A stretch of 64,000 bases of DNA from the human T2T-CHM13v2.0 reference genome, Homo sapiens. This document shows positions 47,819-63,990 of this stretch, in pieces (positions within the stretch are counted from its first letter, which is position 1; the number at the start of each line of letters is the position of its first letter). The translations under genes and the position numbers were made by a program. The notes below the pieces were generated by a model. It did not search any database. It had not been told where the DNA came from and saw only the letters and a list, made by a program, of their open reading frames with translations. The DNA lies in NCBI RefSeq assembly GCF_009914755.1, contig NC_060926.1. One strand, 5' to 3'.

Positions 47819-49845
47819 AATGAGGCACTCACTTCTGAATAAAGTACAAGCATTAGTAACATCTCCCCTTGTCTCTCCAGATTGGTGATGCTGCCACAAC
47901 TGAATTCTAAATGGGTTAAGTGTTATACAATTAGTTAAGTTTCTTTGGTAGGTATCAAATAAAACATCCACCTAAATTCTTAAGAACCTTGTTAAATAGT
48001 GGAATTTACAAACTCTTTATACAGATTCTGATAGGACATTTCTATTGGAAGACTATGGAATCACAATGAGGAAGGTAGTACTATATAGATCAGCAGCTGG
48101 CTTAATTGGCTTCCTGTAACTTATTAACAAATTAGGTTACAAAATACAAAGGCAACTTAATGAATCATCATATTTGGCATTGAACTCAAAGCTGAATTGT
48201 GTGAATTGTGAGGTGCTTTCCATAATTCAACTTGCTTAATTACCCATATGAATGAATCATTCATACCTCAAGCCTGCTAACACTTTTGGATACCTGATGT
48301 TTATGTAATGGTGGTGCTCATTTGCTGAGTAAGGCATGAGTAGTTTCCTAGGTAAGCAGAAGTAGCCCTCAAAACAATCATAATGTGACACAGTAACAAC
48401 AGGGCTGTATTTTGAAGGCTCTAGAAACCCAAGACATATTTCAAGAGCCAAGTTACTTTTTTTTTTCCTTTACCACTTATCCTCAAGTTCTACAAGTTAC
48501 TTATACTGTATCAATTCAAATACATTTGGTTATTAGATGTCTATTTTTTAAAGATGGACAAGATAAAATTGTGTAAATTTACAAGAAGTAATGGAAACTG
48601 CTAATAATGCTTATTTAAAAGAGTTATTAAAGAAACAGCTTACTACCAACCCTAGGCTTCTGAAAAATTTGCACAGGTGGGAAAAGATATGGGCATAGCT
48701 CTTAGCATATTTTAACAACTGAAAATGTGGCAGGGAAAAAGTCTTTATTCTGAGAGTATAACCATCTTACTTTTGGGGTATTAAAATTACCTTTTATGAG
48801 ATAATTCATTTTCAATGTTATTTGACAAAATTCAAAGTTGGTCATTCATTTTAGTCTCCTCATTTTTAGTAAATTTACCTCCTGTAAAATCTAAGTTATG
48901 GGAACCACTAGAACATGTGTGAAAACAAGTTGCTGTGAGACGCAGTGACAGATTTTACAAAAAGAAAAGCATTTCATGACCACAGACCAGGATATACAAA
49001 ATTTTGGTGAGGTGGATTTTTTCCAAAGTCTGGTGACCAACTGTGGAAAAATAATTGGTTAATCTGACAGTGAGGCCCCTTAACAGTGTTGAAGAAAATG
49101 TATCCAAAAAAAATACCCTAGAGTCAAAGAAGTGAGAGCAATGCTGTATTTATCCCCCACTGACATGTGAGGAAAGAACAATAATTTTAGACATACACCT
49201 TGTAAAACTTCTCAAAAACCAGACTACATTTCTAACTCTAAAATACATGCTGCTGGTCATGAAGATGTTCTGATCATATAATTGAACCTACTGACATTAC
49301 ATGTAATAAATTAAAAACCCAAGTACCATGCTTAGTGTAGTGTCTGGTACATACACGTTCTCAATAACAATTAGTTTTATTTCTAGAAGGATTACCTCTG
49401 CCTCTTGTACCTTCTTATAAAAAGAAAGCAAAGTGAACTGAATAAATTGTGTCTTAAATAGACTAAAGAAAAGCTTTTGTGTTTGTCTTTTCTCAACTAA
49501 GCAATTTCCATAGTGCCTAGCAAGGTCTCAGAAATGCACTCAGTGAAGAGGGTTAAATGGTAACTCTTTCAGAACAGAAAGGATTCCCTACAGAGCCCAG
49601 CAGAGGCAGAACACTATTTTGCCCAGCCTGGCCTTGAACTCCTGGGCTCCAGCACTGCAGCCATCCTCCCACCTCAATCTTCCCAGCAGTTAGGACTACA
49701 GGACTGTGCCATGGCACCTGGCTAAGGATAGCTATTATGAGAGTAGTAATGTAAGATGAAACTAAAAAGACTCATAATAGTAGAATTAAAAAGCACAAAA
49801 ATTTTAAAGATTCTCCGGTACATTTATTTCACAAACTTTTTTGTA

Positions 49846-50100
49846 CAGTTGACCCTTACACATGGGTTTGAACTGGGTGGGTACACTTATGCGCATACTT
49901 TTTTCAATCAAATGCAGGTGAGGTCACACAGATCAGCATTTGTGCATGGGATGTGAAACTCATGTGTATGGAGGGTCAATTGGAGGGCCAACTTTTCTAC
50001 ATATGGGTTCTGCAAGACTTTCTGTGAGACTTGAGTATGGGCAGATTTTGGTATATGTGTGGCCCTGGAACTAGTCCCCAGTGTATACAAGGGATGACTG
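49846..50100 (+). mobile_element. MER8/Tigger2-family non-autonomous DNA transposon
   Basis: TA|CAGTTGACCCTT..AAGGGATGACTG|TA: terminal inverted repeats and a TA duplication. Confidence 0.85.
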
Positions 50101-50941
50101 TATTTTAATGGTTTATAGTGTTAAAAAGAGAAAAATGTCCACGTAACCACAATTTTGAACACTGAACTATTTTAATATGAATTAATATGTCTTATATTTA
50201 TTACCAATTGATCTTCAAATTGCAGCAGCCCATGAGTTTTGTTGTAAGTGTTCTTGCCTTTCCACCCCAGCTGTCACTGAGTCAAACAGTTTAAAATATA
50301 CACACACACAAACAGACACAAGCCTTTTGTAAAGTAAACAAATCTTTTATACTGTAAATAACTGTTCCTCAATGGAACTTTTTGTATCCAGTTTACTTCT
50401 TTTCTAAAGCTGGGATATTCATATTAAATACCCAACAATCTCTATAAAGCAAAGAGTCTATCTCTGTGAAAACACAAGTAATTCTTGATGGCAATATTTT
50501 TCTTAATTCACCTAAACAAATGCAGTTTGGAAGGCCAAAAGGAGAAAAAAACACTTCAGATTATCAAAACCAAAAGAGATATGAAAAAATAACATTTAAC
50601 AATGTAGGCAGGAATTTTAAATACAAGATCCTGTTGAAAATATTGATATTCAAATAAACAAACAGCTTTGGATCCATAGCCACAATTTAGGTTTTCCTAA
50701 ATTAAAATCAGAAGTGATTTTATTATTGGAAGATACATTAATTCTTTGAAGTCAGAATAAGAGGCTTGACAATTTAATTTCTAATTAAGTGACTGAATAG
50801 ACAAAGGATCAAATACAAACAGTAGTGCAGGAAGAAAATAAATTGGAAGAAATAATTGTTCAACCAGTAGTAATAATTAAGACCACCATTTTAAAATTTT
50901 CTGTACACAAAGAATGAGAAAACATTGTTATAATATTATTA

Positions 50942-51031
50942 TTATACTTCTTTCTTTTTCAGTATTAGTGGACCCACATTATCTCCTGTCAATTCATTGT
51001 GTTTATTATGTGAACCATCCCAGGCAGGAAA
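50942..51031 (-). pseudogene. CISD2: Orphan last coding exon of CISD2 (CDGSH iron-sulfur protein 2)
   Basis: Polypyrimidine tract and AG, then 90 nt reading FPAWDGSHNKHNELTGDNVGPLILKKKEV*, matching the CISD2 C-terminus except C>W; upstream exons are absent. Confidence 0.93.
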
Positions 51032-51458
51032 CTAAAAAGAAAAAAGAATTACAAGTGTTATTTTTAAAATATGATTCATTAGGTAGAAACATTTGTGAAA
51101 TGCTCTCAGAAAGAAAGAATATCACTTGCTAAAAAAAATCATATCGTTTTCCTGAGTAATAGTTACATTTTACATCCAACTGAACCATATTCAAAATCTA
51201 ACAATTTAAACAGTTACTTCATTATTTGGTTTAGATTTTAAGTAAAAACCTATGAATGATTCCATATGAGTGATTAAAACAGACAACAGGTTTAAAAGGG
51301 AATCAAAGAAGTTCTTGGTCATTTGTGGAGCTTAAAATTCGAGCTCAGCTATTGCTTAATTTTAAAACAATGGAATTTAATTCAAAATAAGTTATAATTT
51401 TTTCTTGCTATAAAACTCATGCATACCACACAATTTTTGAAAACAAAAATATATTTTA

Positions 51459-51788
<330 letters not shown>

Positions 51789-52464
51789 TCATAACCCATC
51801 CAGATATAGGTAATAATAATTAACAGTTTTTTTTTTTATCAAACTCCCGCTTGGGGGAGTGGGCGTAGCCCAGCAGCCGGTGTTCCTTACTAGTAAAAAA
51901 GCTGGGGTTGGAGATGCCACGGGGGGAGGTGTGGGGGGCCTAGGGGGCTCTGCTTGGACCTTCTGGGTGTCCTCCTGTGACCTCAGGTTCCTCACCTGTC
52001 TCAGAGGACTGATGGGCTGCTATGGCAGCTTTGTTTGGAGGATTAAGACAGATAGTCCCAGTAAAGCCCCATTAGCCCCACCTCCACCCCCCGCCCTCTG
52101 GATTTTTTTTTTATTATTATTATTTTTCTGGCTTTCTGAGGAAACTTTCCGGAATGTGTCCAGGAGTTGAAGCGGGAAGGCTGGACACCCTCCCTTGGCG
52201 TTGCCGTTCCTTCCAGACGCCCCCTCTTCTTAGGCTCTTTTCAAGCGCACGCCAGGCAACATGTGCTCTACCCAAGTGCACTTCACAGATCTTCCTGTGG
52301 GTCTAAAACCAGAACGCTTTCTTCCCTGACCCCTGCCCTCGTATCACCCCAACCCCAAGTCTTTTGGCAGAGCCGGCTACAGACTCGAGTGTCAGTTTAA
52401 TGCTTGTTCCCTAAGGTCTCCCCAGGGCTCTTAGGACAGCGTTAGGTTTAGGATTCGGGTTCGG

Positions 52465-53036
52465 GTGCGCCTTTCGGCGCCCTGCGCGGTCGCCATGTGC
52501 CTTTGGGAGGGCGGAGCTGCGTTCTCCTCAGCACAGGATGAGGTGTGTTCTGCTCAGCACAGACCCGGGGAACCACCACGAAGGCAGAGCAGCATTCTCC
52601 TCAGCACAGACCTTGGGGGCACTGCCTCGCTTTGGGACAACTCGGGGCCGCATCGACGGTGAATAAAATCCTTCCTGTTTGCAGCCCTGAATAATCAGGG
52701 TCAGAGACCAGTTAGAAGGGTTCAGTGTGGAAAACGGGAAACCAAAAGCCCCTCTGAATCCTGCCCACCGAAGTTCTCCCCTGCCAAGGCGAGGCGGCCG
52801 CAGTGCGAGATCCACACCGCAGTCTCAGAAGACAAATGCAGCATTCCTAATGCAGACATGACACTCAAAATATGACACCCCCATTGCTCATGTAACAAGC
52901 ACCTGTAGTGCTAATGCACTGCCTCGACACAAAAACATTAATATAAGATCCACAATCCCCTCGCTGCCATGCAGTCCTAAGACAGCAATCATAATAATCA
53001 ACATTGACATAGTCAATACAAACGTAGTAACGAACC
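52465..53036 (+). repeat. TAR1 telomere-associated repeat
   Basis: GAGGGCGGAGCTGCGTTCTCCTCAGCACAG-type units (three TCAGCACAG cores) followed by GCACTGCCTCGCTTTGGGACAACTCGGGGCCGCATCGACGG. Confidence 0.88.
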
Positions 53037-53330
53037 TAGGGTTAAGGTTGATGTTAGGGTTAGGGGTTAGGGGTTAAGTTTAGGGTTAGGGGTTGGAGAT
53101 AGAAGTTGGGGTCAGAGTTAGGGGTTAGGAGTCAACGTTTAGAGTTAGGGGTTAAGAGAGGTTAGGGGTTAGGGATTAGGGGTTAGGGTTGGGTTAGGGT
53201 GAGAGTGAGGGTTGGAGTTAGGGCTTAGGGTTAAGGTTAAGGGTTAGGGTTAGGGGTTAGGGTTATGGTCAGGGGTTAGTGGTCAGGGTCAGGGGTTAGG
53301 GGTCAGGGTCAGGGGTTAGGGGTCAGGGTT
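53037..53330 (+). repeat. Degenerate interstitial telomeric array (TTAGGG, TTAGGGG, TTGGGG, TCAGGG variants)
   Basis: About 290 bp of visible G-strand telomere-like repeats. Confidence 0.97.
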
Positions 53331-53994
53331 CCCACTCTGATAGTTGTCTATTTACTCTGCTGACTGTTCCCTTTGCCATGCAAAAGCTATTTAGTTTAAT
53401 TAAGTCCCAGCTATTTAGCTTTGTTTTTATTGCATTTGCATTTGGGTTCTTGGTCATGAAATCCTTGCCTATGCCAATGTCTAGAAGGGTTTATCCAGTG
53501 TTACCTTCTAGAATTTTTATAGTTCAGGAATTAGGTTTAAGTTCTTAATCCATCTTGAGTAGATTTTTGTATAAGGTGAGAGATGAGAATCCAGTTTTAT
53601 TCCCCTACATGTGGCTCACCAATTATCCCAACATCATGTGTTGAAAAGGGTGTCCTTTCCCCACTTTATGTTTTTGTTTACTTTGTCGAAGATCAGTTGG
53701 CTGTAAGTATTTGGGTTAATTTCTGGGTTCTCTTCTTCTGTTCCATTGGTCTATGTGCCTATTTTTAAACCAGTACCATGCTGTTTTGGTAACTATGGCC
53801 ATATTGTACAGTTTGAAATCAAGTAGTGTGATGCCTCCAGGTTTGTTCTTTTTGCTTAGCCTTGGTTGGGCTACATGGCTCTCTTTTGGTTCCATATTAA
53901 TTTTAGAATTGTTTTTGTAATTCTTTGAAGAATGATGATGGTTTTCAGATGGGGATTGCATTGAATTTGTAGATTGCCTTTAACAGAATGGTAA

Positions 53995-54273
<279 letters not shown>

Positions 54274-57200
54274 TAATTTTCATTGTAGAGGTCTTTTGAT
54301 TCCTTTGTTAGGTATATTCCTAAGTTTTTTTTGTTTGTTTGTTTTTTGTTTTTTGCAGCTATTGTAAAAGGGGTTGAGTTCTTGATGTGATTCTCTGCTT
54401 GGTAGCTGTTGATGCATAGAAGAGCTACTGATTTGTGTACATTAATCTTGTATCTGGAAACTTTGCTGAATTCTTTTATCAGTTCTAGGAGCTTTCTAGA
54501 GGAGTCCATAGGGTTTTCAAGGCGAAAGATCATATCGTCAGCAAACAGTGACAGTTTGACTTCCTCTTTACCAATTTGGATTTCCTCTATTTACTTCTTT
54601 CGTCTGATTGCTCTGGCTAGGACTTACAGTAGTATGTTGAAGAGGAGTGGTGAGAGTAGGCTCCTCATCTTGTTCCAGTTCTCAAAGGGAATACTTTCAC
54701 CTTTTCCCCATTCAGTATTATGTTGGCTGTGGGTTTGTCACAGATGGCTTTTATTACATTAAGGTATGTCCCTTGTATGCCCATTTTGCTGAGAGCTTTA
54801 ATCATAAAGCAATGCTAGATTTTGTCGAATGCTTTTTCTGCATCTGTTGATATAATCATGTGAGTTTTTTTTAATTCTGTTTATTTGGTGTATCACATTT
54901 ATTGACTTGCGTATGTTAAACCATTCCTGTATCACTGGTATGAAACCCACTTGATCATGGTGGATTATCTTTTTGATATGTTGTTGGATTCAGTTAGATA
55001 GTATTTTGTTAAGGATTTTGGCATCTGCGTTCATCAAGGGTGTTGGTCTGTAGTTTTCTTTTTTGGTTATGTCATTTCATGGTTTTGGTATTAGGGTGAT
55101 GCTGGCTTCATAAATGAATCAGGGAGGGTTTCTTCTTTCTCTGTCTTGTGGAATAGTGTGAAAGGATAGGTATCATTTCTTCTTTGAATGAAAGAAGACA
55201 TTCTTTGAATGTCTGGTAGAATTCTGCTGTGAATCTGTCTAGTCCTGGGCTTTTTTTGTTGGTAATTTGAATATTACCATTTCGATCTTGCTGCTTGCTT
55301 TATTGGTCTGCTTGGGGTATCTACTTCTTCCTGATTAAGCTAGGAGGGTTGTATTTTTCCAGGAATTTATCCAACTCTCCTAGGTTTTCTAGTTTATGTG
55401 CCAAAAGGTGTTCATAGTACCCTTGAATAATCTTTAATATTTCAGTAGTGTCAGTTGTAATATCCCCTGTTTCATTTCTTAGTGAGGTTATTTGGATTTT
55501 CTCTCTTCTTTTCTTGGTTAATCTTGCTAACGGTCTATCAATTTTATTTATCTTTTCAAATAACCAACTTTTTGTTTTATTTATGTTTTGTATTTTTTTG
55601 TTGTTGTTGTTGTGTCAATTTCATTTAGTTCTGCTCTGATCTTGGTTATTTCCTTTGTTTGCTGGGATTGGGTTTGGCTTGTTCCTGCTTCTCTAGTTCC
55701 CTGAGATGTGAACTTAGATTGTCTGTGCTCTTTCAGACTTTTTGACGTAGGTGTTTAGAGCTACAAACTTTCCTCTTCGCACTGCCTTTGCTGTCTCCCA
55801 GAGGTCTTGATAGGTTGTGTCATCCAGTTCAAAGAAATTTTTTACATTTCCATCTTGATTTCATTTTTCACCCAATGCTCATTCAGGAGCAGGTTATTTA
55901 ATTTCCATGTATTTGCATGGTTTTGAAGATTCCTTTTGGAGTTGATTTTCAGTTTTATTCCACTGTGATCTGAGAGAGTGCGTGATACAATTTCAATTTT
56001 CTTAAATTTATTGAGACTCGTTTTATGGCCTATCATATGGTCTATCTTGGAGAAAATTCCACGTGCTGTGGAATACAATGTGCATTCTGTGGTTTAAATC
56101 CAGTGTTTCCTTGTTGACTTTCTGTGTTGATGACCTGTCTAGTGCTGTCAGTGGAGTATTGAAGGCCCCCACTATTATTGTGTTGCTGTCTATCTTATTT
56201 CTTATATCTACTAATAATTGTTTTATAAATTTGGGAGCTCCAGTATTAGGTTCATGTATGTTTAGGATTGTCATATTTTTCTGTTGGATGAGGCCTTTAC
56301 CATTATATACTGTCTGTCTTTGTCTCTTTTAGCTACTGTTGCTTTAAAGTTTGTTTTTTCTCATATGAGAATAGCTTCTGCTGCTCACTTTTGGTGTCCA
56401 TTTGCATGAAATGCCTTTTTCTACTACTTTCCTTAAGTTTATGTAAGTTGTTATGTGTTAGGTGAGTCTCCTGAAGGCAGCAGATAGTTAGTTGGTGAGT
56501 TCTTATCCATTCTGTGGTTCTGTATCTTGTAAGTGGAGCATTTAAGCCATTTACAACCAACATTACTATTAAAAAGTGAGGTACCATTGCTTTCATCATG
56601 CTCTTTGTTGCCTCTGTACATTGTTTTTGTTTTCTGTTTTTGCTTTTTAACTTGTATTTTTGTTTTATAGGTCTTGTGTGATTTATGCTTTAATGAAGTT
56701 CTGTTTTGATGTGTTTCCAGGATTTGTTTCATGATTTAGAGCTCCTTTTAGCAGTTTTTACAGTGCTGGTTTGGTAATGGCAAATTCTGTCAGCATTTGT
56801 TTGTCTGAAAATGACTGTATCTTTCCTTCATATGTGATGTTTAGTTTTGCTGGATACAAAATTCTTGGCTGATAATTGTTTTGTTTGAGGAGGCTGAAGA
56901 AAGGACCCCAATTCCATCTAGCTTGTAAGGTTTCTGCTGCAAAATCTGCTGTTAGTTTGATAGATCTTCCTTTATAGGTTACCTAGTGCTTCTGTCTCAC
57001 AGCTCTTAAGATTCTTTCCTTTGTCTTAACTTTGGATAACCTAATCACAATGTACCTAGGCTAAGATCTTTTTGTGATGAATTTCCCAGGTGTTATTTGT
57101 GCTTCTTGTATTTGGATGTCTAGGTCTCTCACAAGGCCATGGAAATTTTCATTGATTATTCCCCCAAATATGTTTTCCTGGCTTTTAGAATTCACTTCTT

Positions 57201-57427
57201 CCTCAGGTACACCAATTAGTCTTAGGTTTCATCGTTTAACAGAATGCCAGACTCCTTGGAGGCTTTGCTCATATTTTCTTATTCTTTTTTCTTTGTCTTT
57301 ATTGGATTGGGTTAAATCAAAGAACTTGTCTTCGAATTCTGAATTTCTTTCTTCTACTTGTTCAATTCTATTGCTGAGACTTTCCAGAGCATTTCACATT
57401 TCTAAAAGTGTGTCCAAAGTTTCCTGA

Positions 57428-58669
57428 TTTTTTTTTTTTTTTTTTTTTTTGATAATACTTGGGTGTTTCTCACAGAGGGGGATTTGGCAGGGTCATGGGA
57501 CAATCGTGGAGGGAAGGTCAGCAGATAAACAAGTGAACAAAGGTCTCCGGTTTTCCTAGGTAGAGGACCCTGCGGCCTTCCGCAGTGTTTGTGTCCCTGA
57601 TTACTTGAGATTAGGGAGTGGTGATGACTCTTAACGAGCATGCTGCCTTCAAGCATCTGTTTAACAAAGCACATCTTGCACCGCCCTTAATCCATTTAAC
57701 CCTGAGTGGACACAGCGTTTCAGAGAGCACAAGGTTGGGGGTAAGGTCACAGATCAACAAGATCCCAAGGCAGAAGAATTTTTCTTAGTGCAGAACAAAA
57801 TGAAAAGTCTCCCATGTCTACTTCTTTCTACACAGACACGGCAACCATCCGATTTCTCAATCTTTTCCCCCCCTTTCCCACCTTTCTATTCCACAAAGCC
57901 ACCATTGTCATCCTGGCCCGTTCTCAATGAGCTGTTGGGCACACCTCCCAGATGGGGTGGTGGCCGGGCAGAGGGGCTCCTCACTTCCCAGTAGGGGCGG
58001 CCGGGCAGAGGCGCCCCTCACCTCCCAGACGGGGCAGCTGGCCGGGCGGGGGGCTGACCCGCCCACCTCTCTCCCGGACGGGGCGGCTGGCTGGGCGGGG
58101 GGCTGACCCGCCCACCTCCCTCCCGGACAGGGCGGCTGGCCGGGCGGGGGGCTGACCCCCCCACCTCCCTCCCGGATGGGGCGGCTGGCCGGGCAGAGGG
58201 GCTCCTCACTTCCCAGTAGGGGCAGCCGGGCAGAGGCACCCCTCACGTCCCAGACGGGGCGGCTGGCCAGGTGGGGGGCTGACACCCCCACCTCCCTCCC
58301 GGACGGGGCGGCTGGCCGGGTGGGGGACTGACCCCCCCACCTCCCTCCCGGACAGGGCGGCTGGCCGGGCGGGGGGCTGACTCCCCCACCTCCCTCCCGG
58401 ACGGGGCGGCTGGCCGGGTGGGGGGCTGACCCCCACCTCCCTCCCAGATGGGGCGGCTGCCCGGGCGGGGGGCTGACCCCCCCCACCTCCCTCCCGGACA
58501 GGGTGACTGCCAGGCGGAGACGCTCCTCACTTCCCAGATGGGGTGGCTGCCAGGCGGAGAGGCTCCTGACTTCTCAGACGGGGTAGCTGCCGGGCGGAGG
58601 GGCTCCTCACTTCTCAGATGGGGTGGCCGGGCAGAGGCGCTCCTCACATCCCAGATGGGGCGGCGGGGC
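57428..58669 (-). mobile_element. 5'-truncated SVA retrotransposon (poly-A, SINE-R, part of VNTR)
   Basis: Poly-T 57428-57450; SINE-R about 57451-57940; GC-rich VNTR (CCCCACCTCCCTCCCGGACGGGGCGGCTGGCCGGG) to 58669; CCTGATTTTTTTTTT duplicated at 57423 and 58670. Confidence 0.97.
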
Positions 58670-60001
58670 CCTGATTTTTTTTTTAATTTAAGCTATCTAT
58701 TTCCTTGAATGTTTCTCCCTTCACTTATTGTATTATTTTTTGGATTTTCTGGCATTGGGCTTCACCTTTCTCTGGCCCCTCCCTGATTAGTTTAATAACT
58801 AACCTGAATTCTTTTTCAGATAAATCAGTGATTTCTTCTTTGTTTGGATCCATTGGTGATGAACTGGTGTGATTCTTTGGGGGGTGTTGAAGAGTCTTGT
58901 TTTGTCAGATTACCGGGGTTGGTTTTCTGGTTCCTTCTCATTTTGGTAGACACTGTCAGAGGAAAGGTCTAGGGCTGAAGACTGTTGTTCAGACTCTTGT
59001 CGCACGGAGTGTTCCCTTGATGTAGTACTCTCCCCCTTTTCCTATGGTCATGGCTTCCTGTGAGCTGAAGTGCATTGATTGTTGTCTCTCTTCTGGGTCT
59101 AGCCACCCAGCAGGTCTACCTGGCTTTGGGCTGGTACTAGGGGTTGTCTGCATAGAGCCCTGTGATGTGAACCATCTATGGTTCTCTCAGCCATGGATAC
59201 CAGCGCCTGTTCCAGTGGATGTGATGAAGGGTGCAGTAGACTCTGTGAGGGTCCTTAGCCTTAGTGGTTTAATGCTCTATATTTGTGCTGGTTGGCCTAC
59301 TGCCAGGAGGTGGTGCTTTCCGGAAAGCATCAGCTGTAGTAGCATGGAGGTACTGGCAGTGGGCAGGGCCCTAGGACTCCCAAGATTATATGTCCTTTGT
59401 CTTCCACTACCAACTTAAACATTTGTGACAATTTCAGTGTCAGAAATTTATGTGTAATCGAATTTATTCTGGTAGCCTAAATTCTGGTAGCTTATTTTCT
59501 TATATGCTTCAATCTTTATAATTTAGTTCTCACATGAGGGAGATCTAATATTGGAAATATTTTCAATCTGTATGTTTATGTATTTATTCTAGTTGTCCTG
59601 GCACAAGGTTATCAATGTTGCTGTGTGACCAGCCATTGGCTTTTCACATTTACAAATCCTCTGAATTTTTTCTTGCCTCATTTCTGGTGCTAGGAAATTC
59701 TGATATTTTCTCCTCATCTCCATTGTACATTTTAGGGATTCTTGAAACTTTTGATGCACAAACATCCACACTTTCTGCATAAGTAGAATATTTTACTTAG
59801 ATATTTTCTAGCAGACACTGAGTTCTCATGAGAAATCCTCAGTCTCTTTATTTGGAACACCCCCTCCCCAATATTCCATATGGAGTAGTTTTGTGTAGAA
59901 TGTGATTACTTCATTAATATGTCAAAGTATGGATACATTTTGAACACATTTCTGAAGTTGTAATAACTTTCTTGATGAATAGTACCTGCGCATGACCAGA
60001 A

Positions 60002-63004
<3,003 letters not shown>

Positions 63005-63769
63005 TAATTAAATTATTTATGTATTTATTCTTTTTCCCCACCCCTCCCCCACCAGTGAATGCTTTGGAATGAATACTCATCAGTATGCTGCAACCACTTT
63101 TTATCCTAATAATGATTTTGCCCTGGAGCCTACTTTGTGTGATATGAGCTTCTCTCCACTAGCTTCCTTTTGGATGGTCTTTGCCAGATGTGTCTCCTTC
63201 TATCTCTAGTAATTAGAGCCATTCCAGCTATGTGTCAAAAATTAACAAAAGGGGTTTATGATCAAGCATGGGCAACTTACACAATCGTCAGAAATGGAGG
63301 AACAACTCCCAGCCCTCCGAATCGGCCACCTCCTGGGATCAGGAATAAATCCTAATCTCAAAATACAGGTAAACAGTCTACCTCCTGTCCCCTAAATGAG
63401 ATGCCAAGCATGCCCCTCCCCTCAGCCAGGTTGTCTCCATCCAAATTTCAATGACCACTGGCCTCCCTGCTGACCCATGTCCCACTGAGGAGCCCCAAGC
63501 TCTGAACCAACTGCCTACCCACCATCCCCTCGGGCTGCACCTGCTCCCCAGGCCTTCCCCTCCTTTGGAGCTGCCTCTGTCCACCAAGGGTGCTGTCGCT
63601 CACCTAACCTTCCAACCAGAACCCGGTGGTACCTTGCTGCCCCCTCCACTCCCTGAAGAAGCTGCCCCCATGCCTGTCAAGTTCTTCCAACTGCTCGAAC
63701 CTTCTGGAACTCCAGGCCTCAGTATGTCTTGTCTGAGTGGCTGCAATGGCTATGCTTGCTTCTCTGTCT

Positions 63770-63990
63770 CTCTCCATCAATCAGTCAAGCAATCAATCGA
63801 TCAATCATCTATCAATCAGCTATCCACCTATTAATCTATAATCAATAATCTATTAATCTATATCATTTACTTCTATAATCAATCATTGATCTATCCCATG
63901 TATCTTCCTATCTACCCGTTATCATATCTATCAATCTATCTATCATTTATGCCTCTATCATGTCTATCTTTCAATAATTTATCTATCACC
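63770..63990. repeat. Degenerate (TCAA)n/(TCTA)n tetranucleotide repeat
   Basis: Visible tandem tetramers. Confidence 0.9.

Noticed and set aside
53037-53330. Head-to-head telomere fusion site of the 2q13 type
   Set aside because: No inverted (CCCTAA)n array follows the G-strand repeats.
57908-58708. Pro/Gly-rich repetitive ORFs and a regularly spaced repeat that could be mistaken for a CRISPR-like array
   Set aside because: This is the SVA VNTR; there are no unique spacers and the DNA is eukaryotic.
63451-63834. 127-aa proline-rich ORF
   Set aside because: C-rich, probably old repeat-derived sequence running into a microsatellite; no homology recognised.
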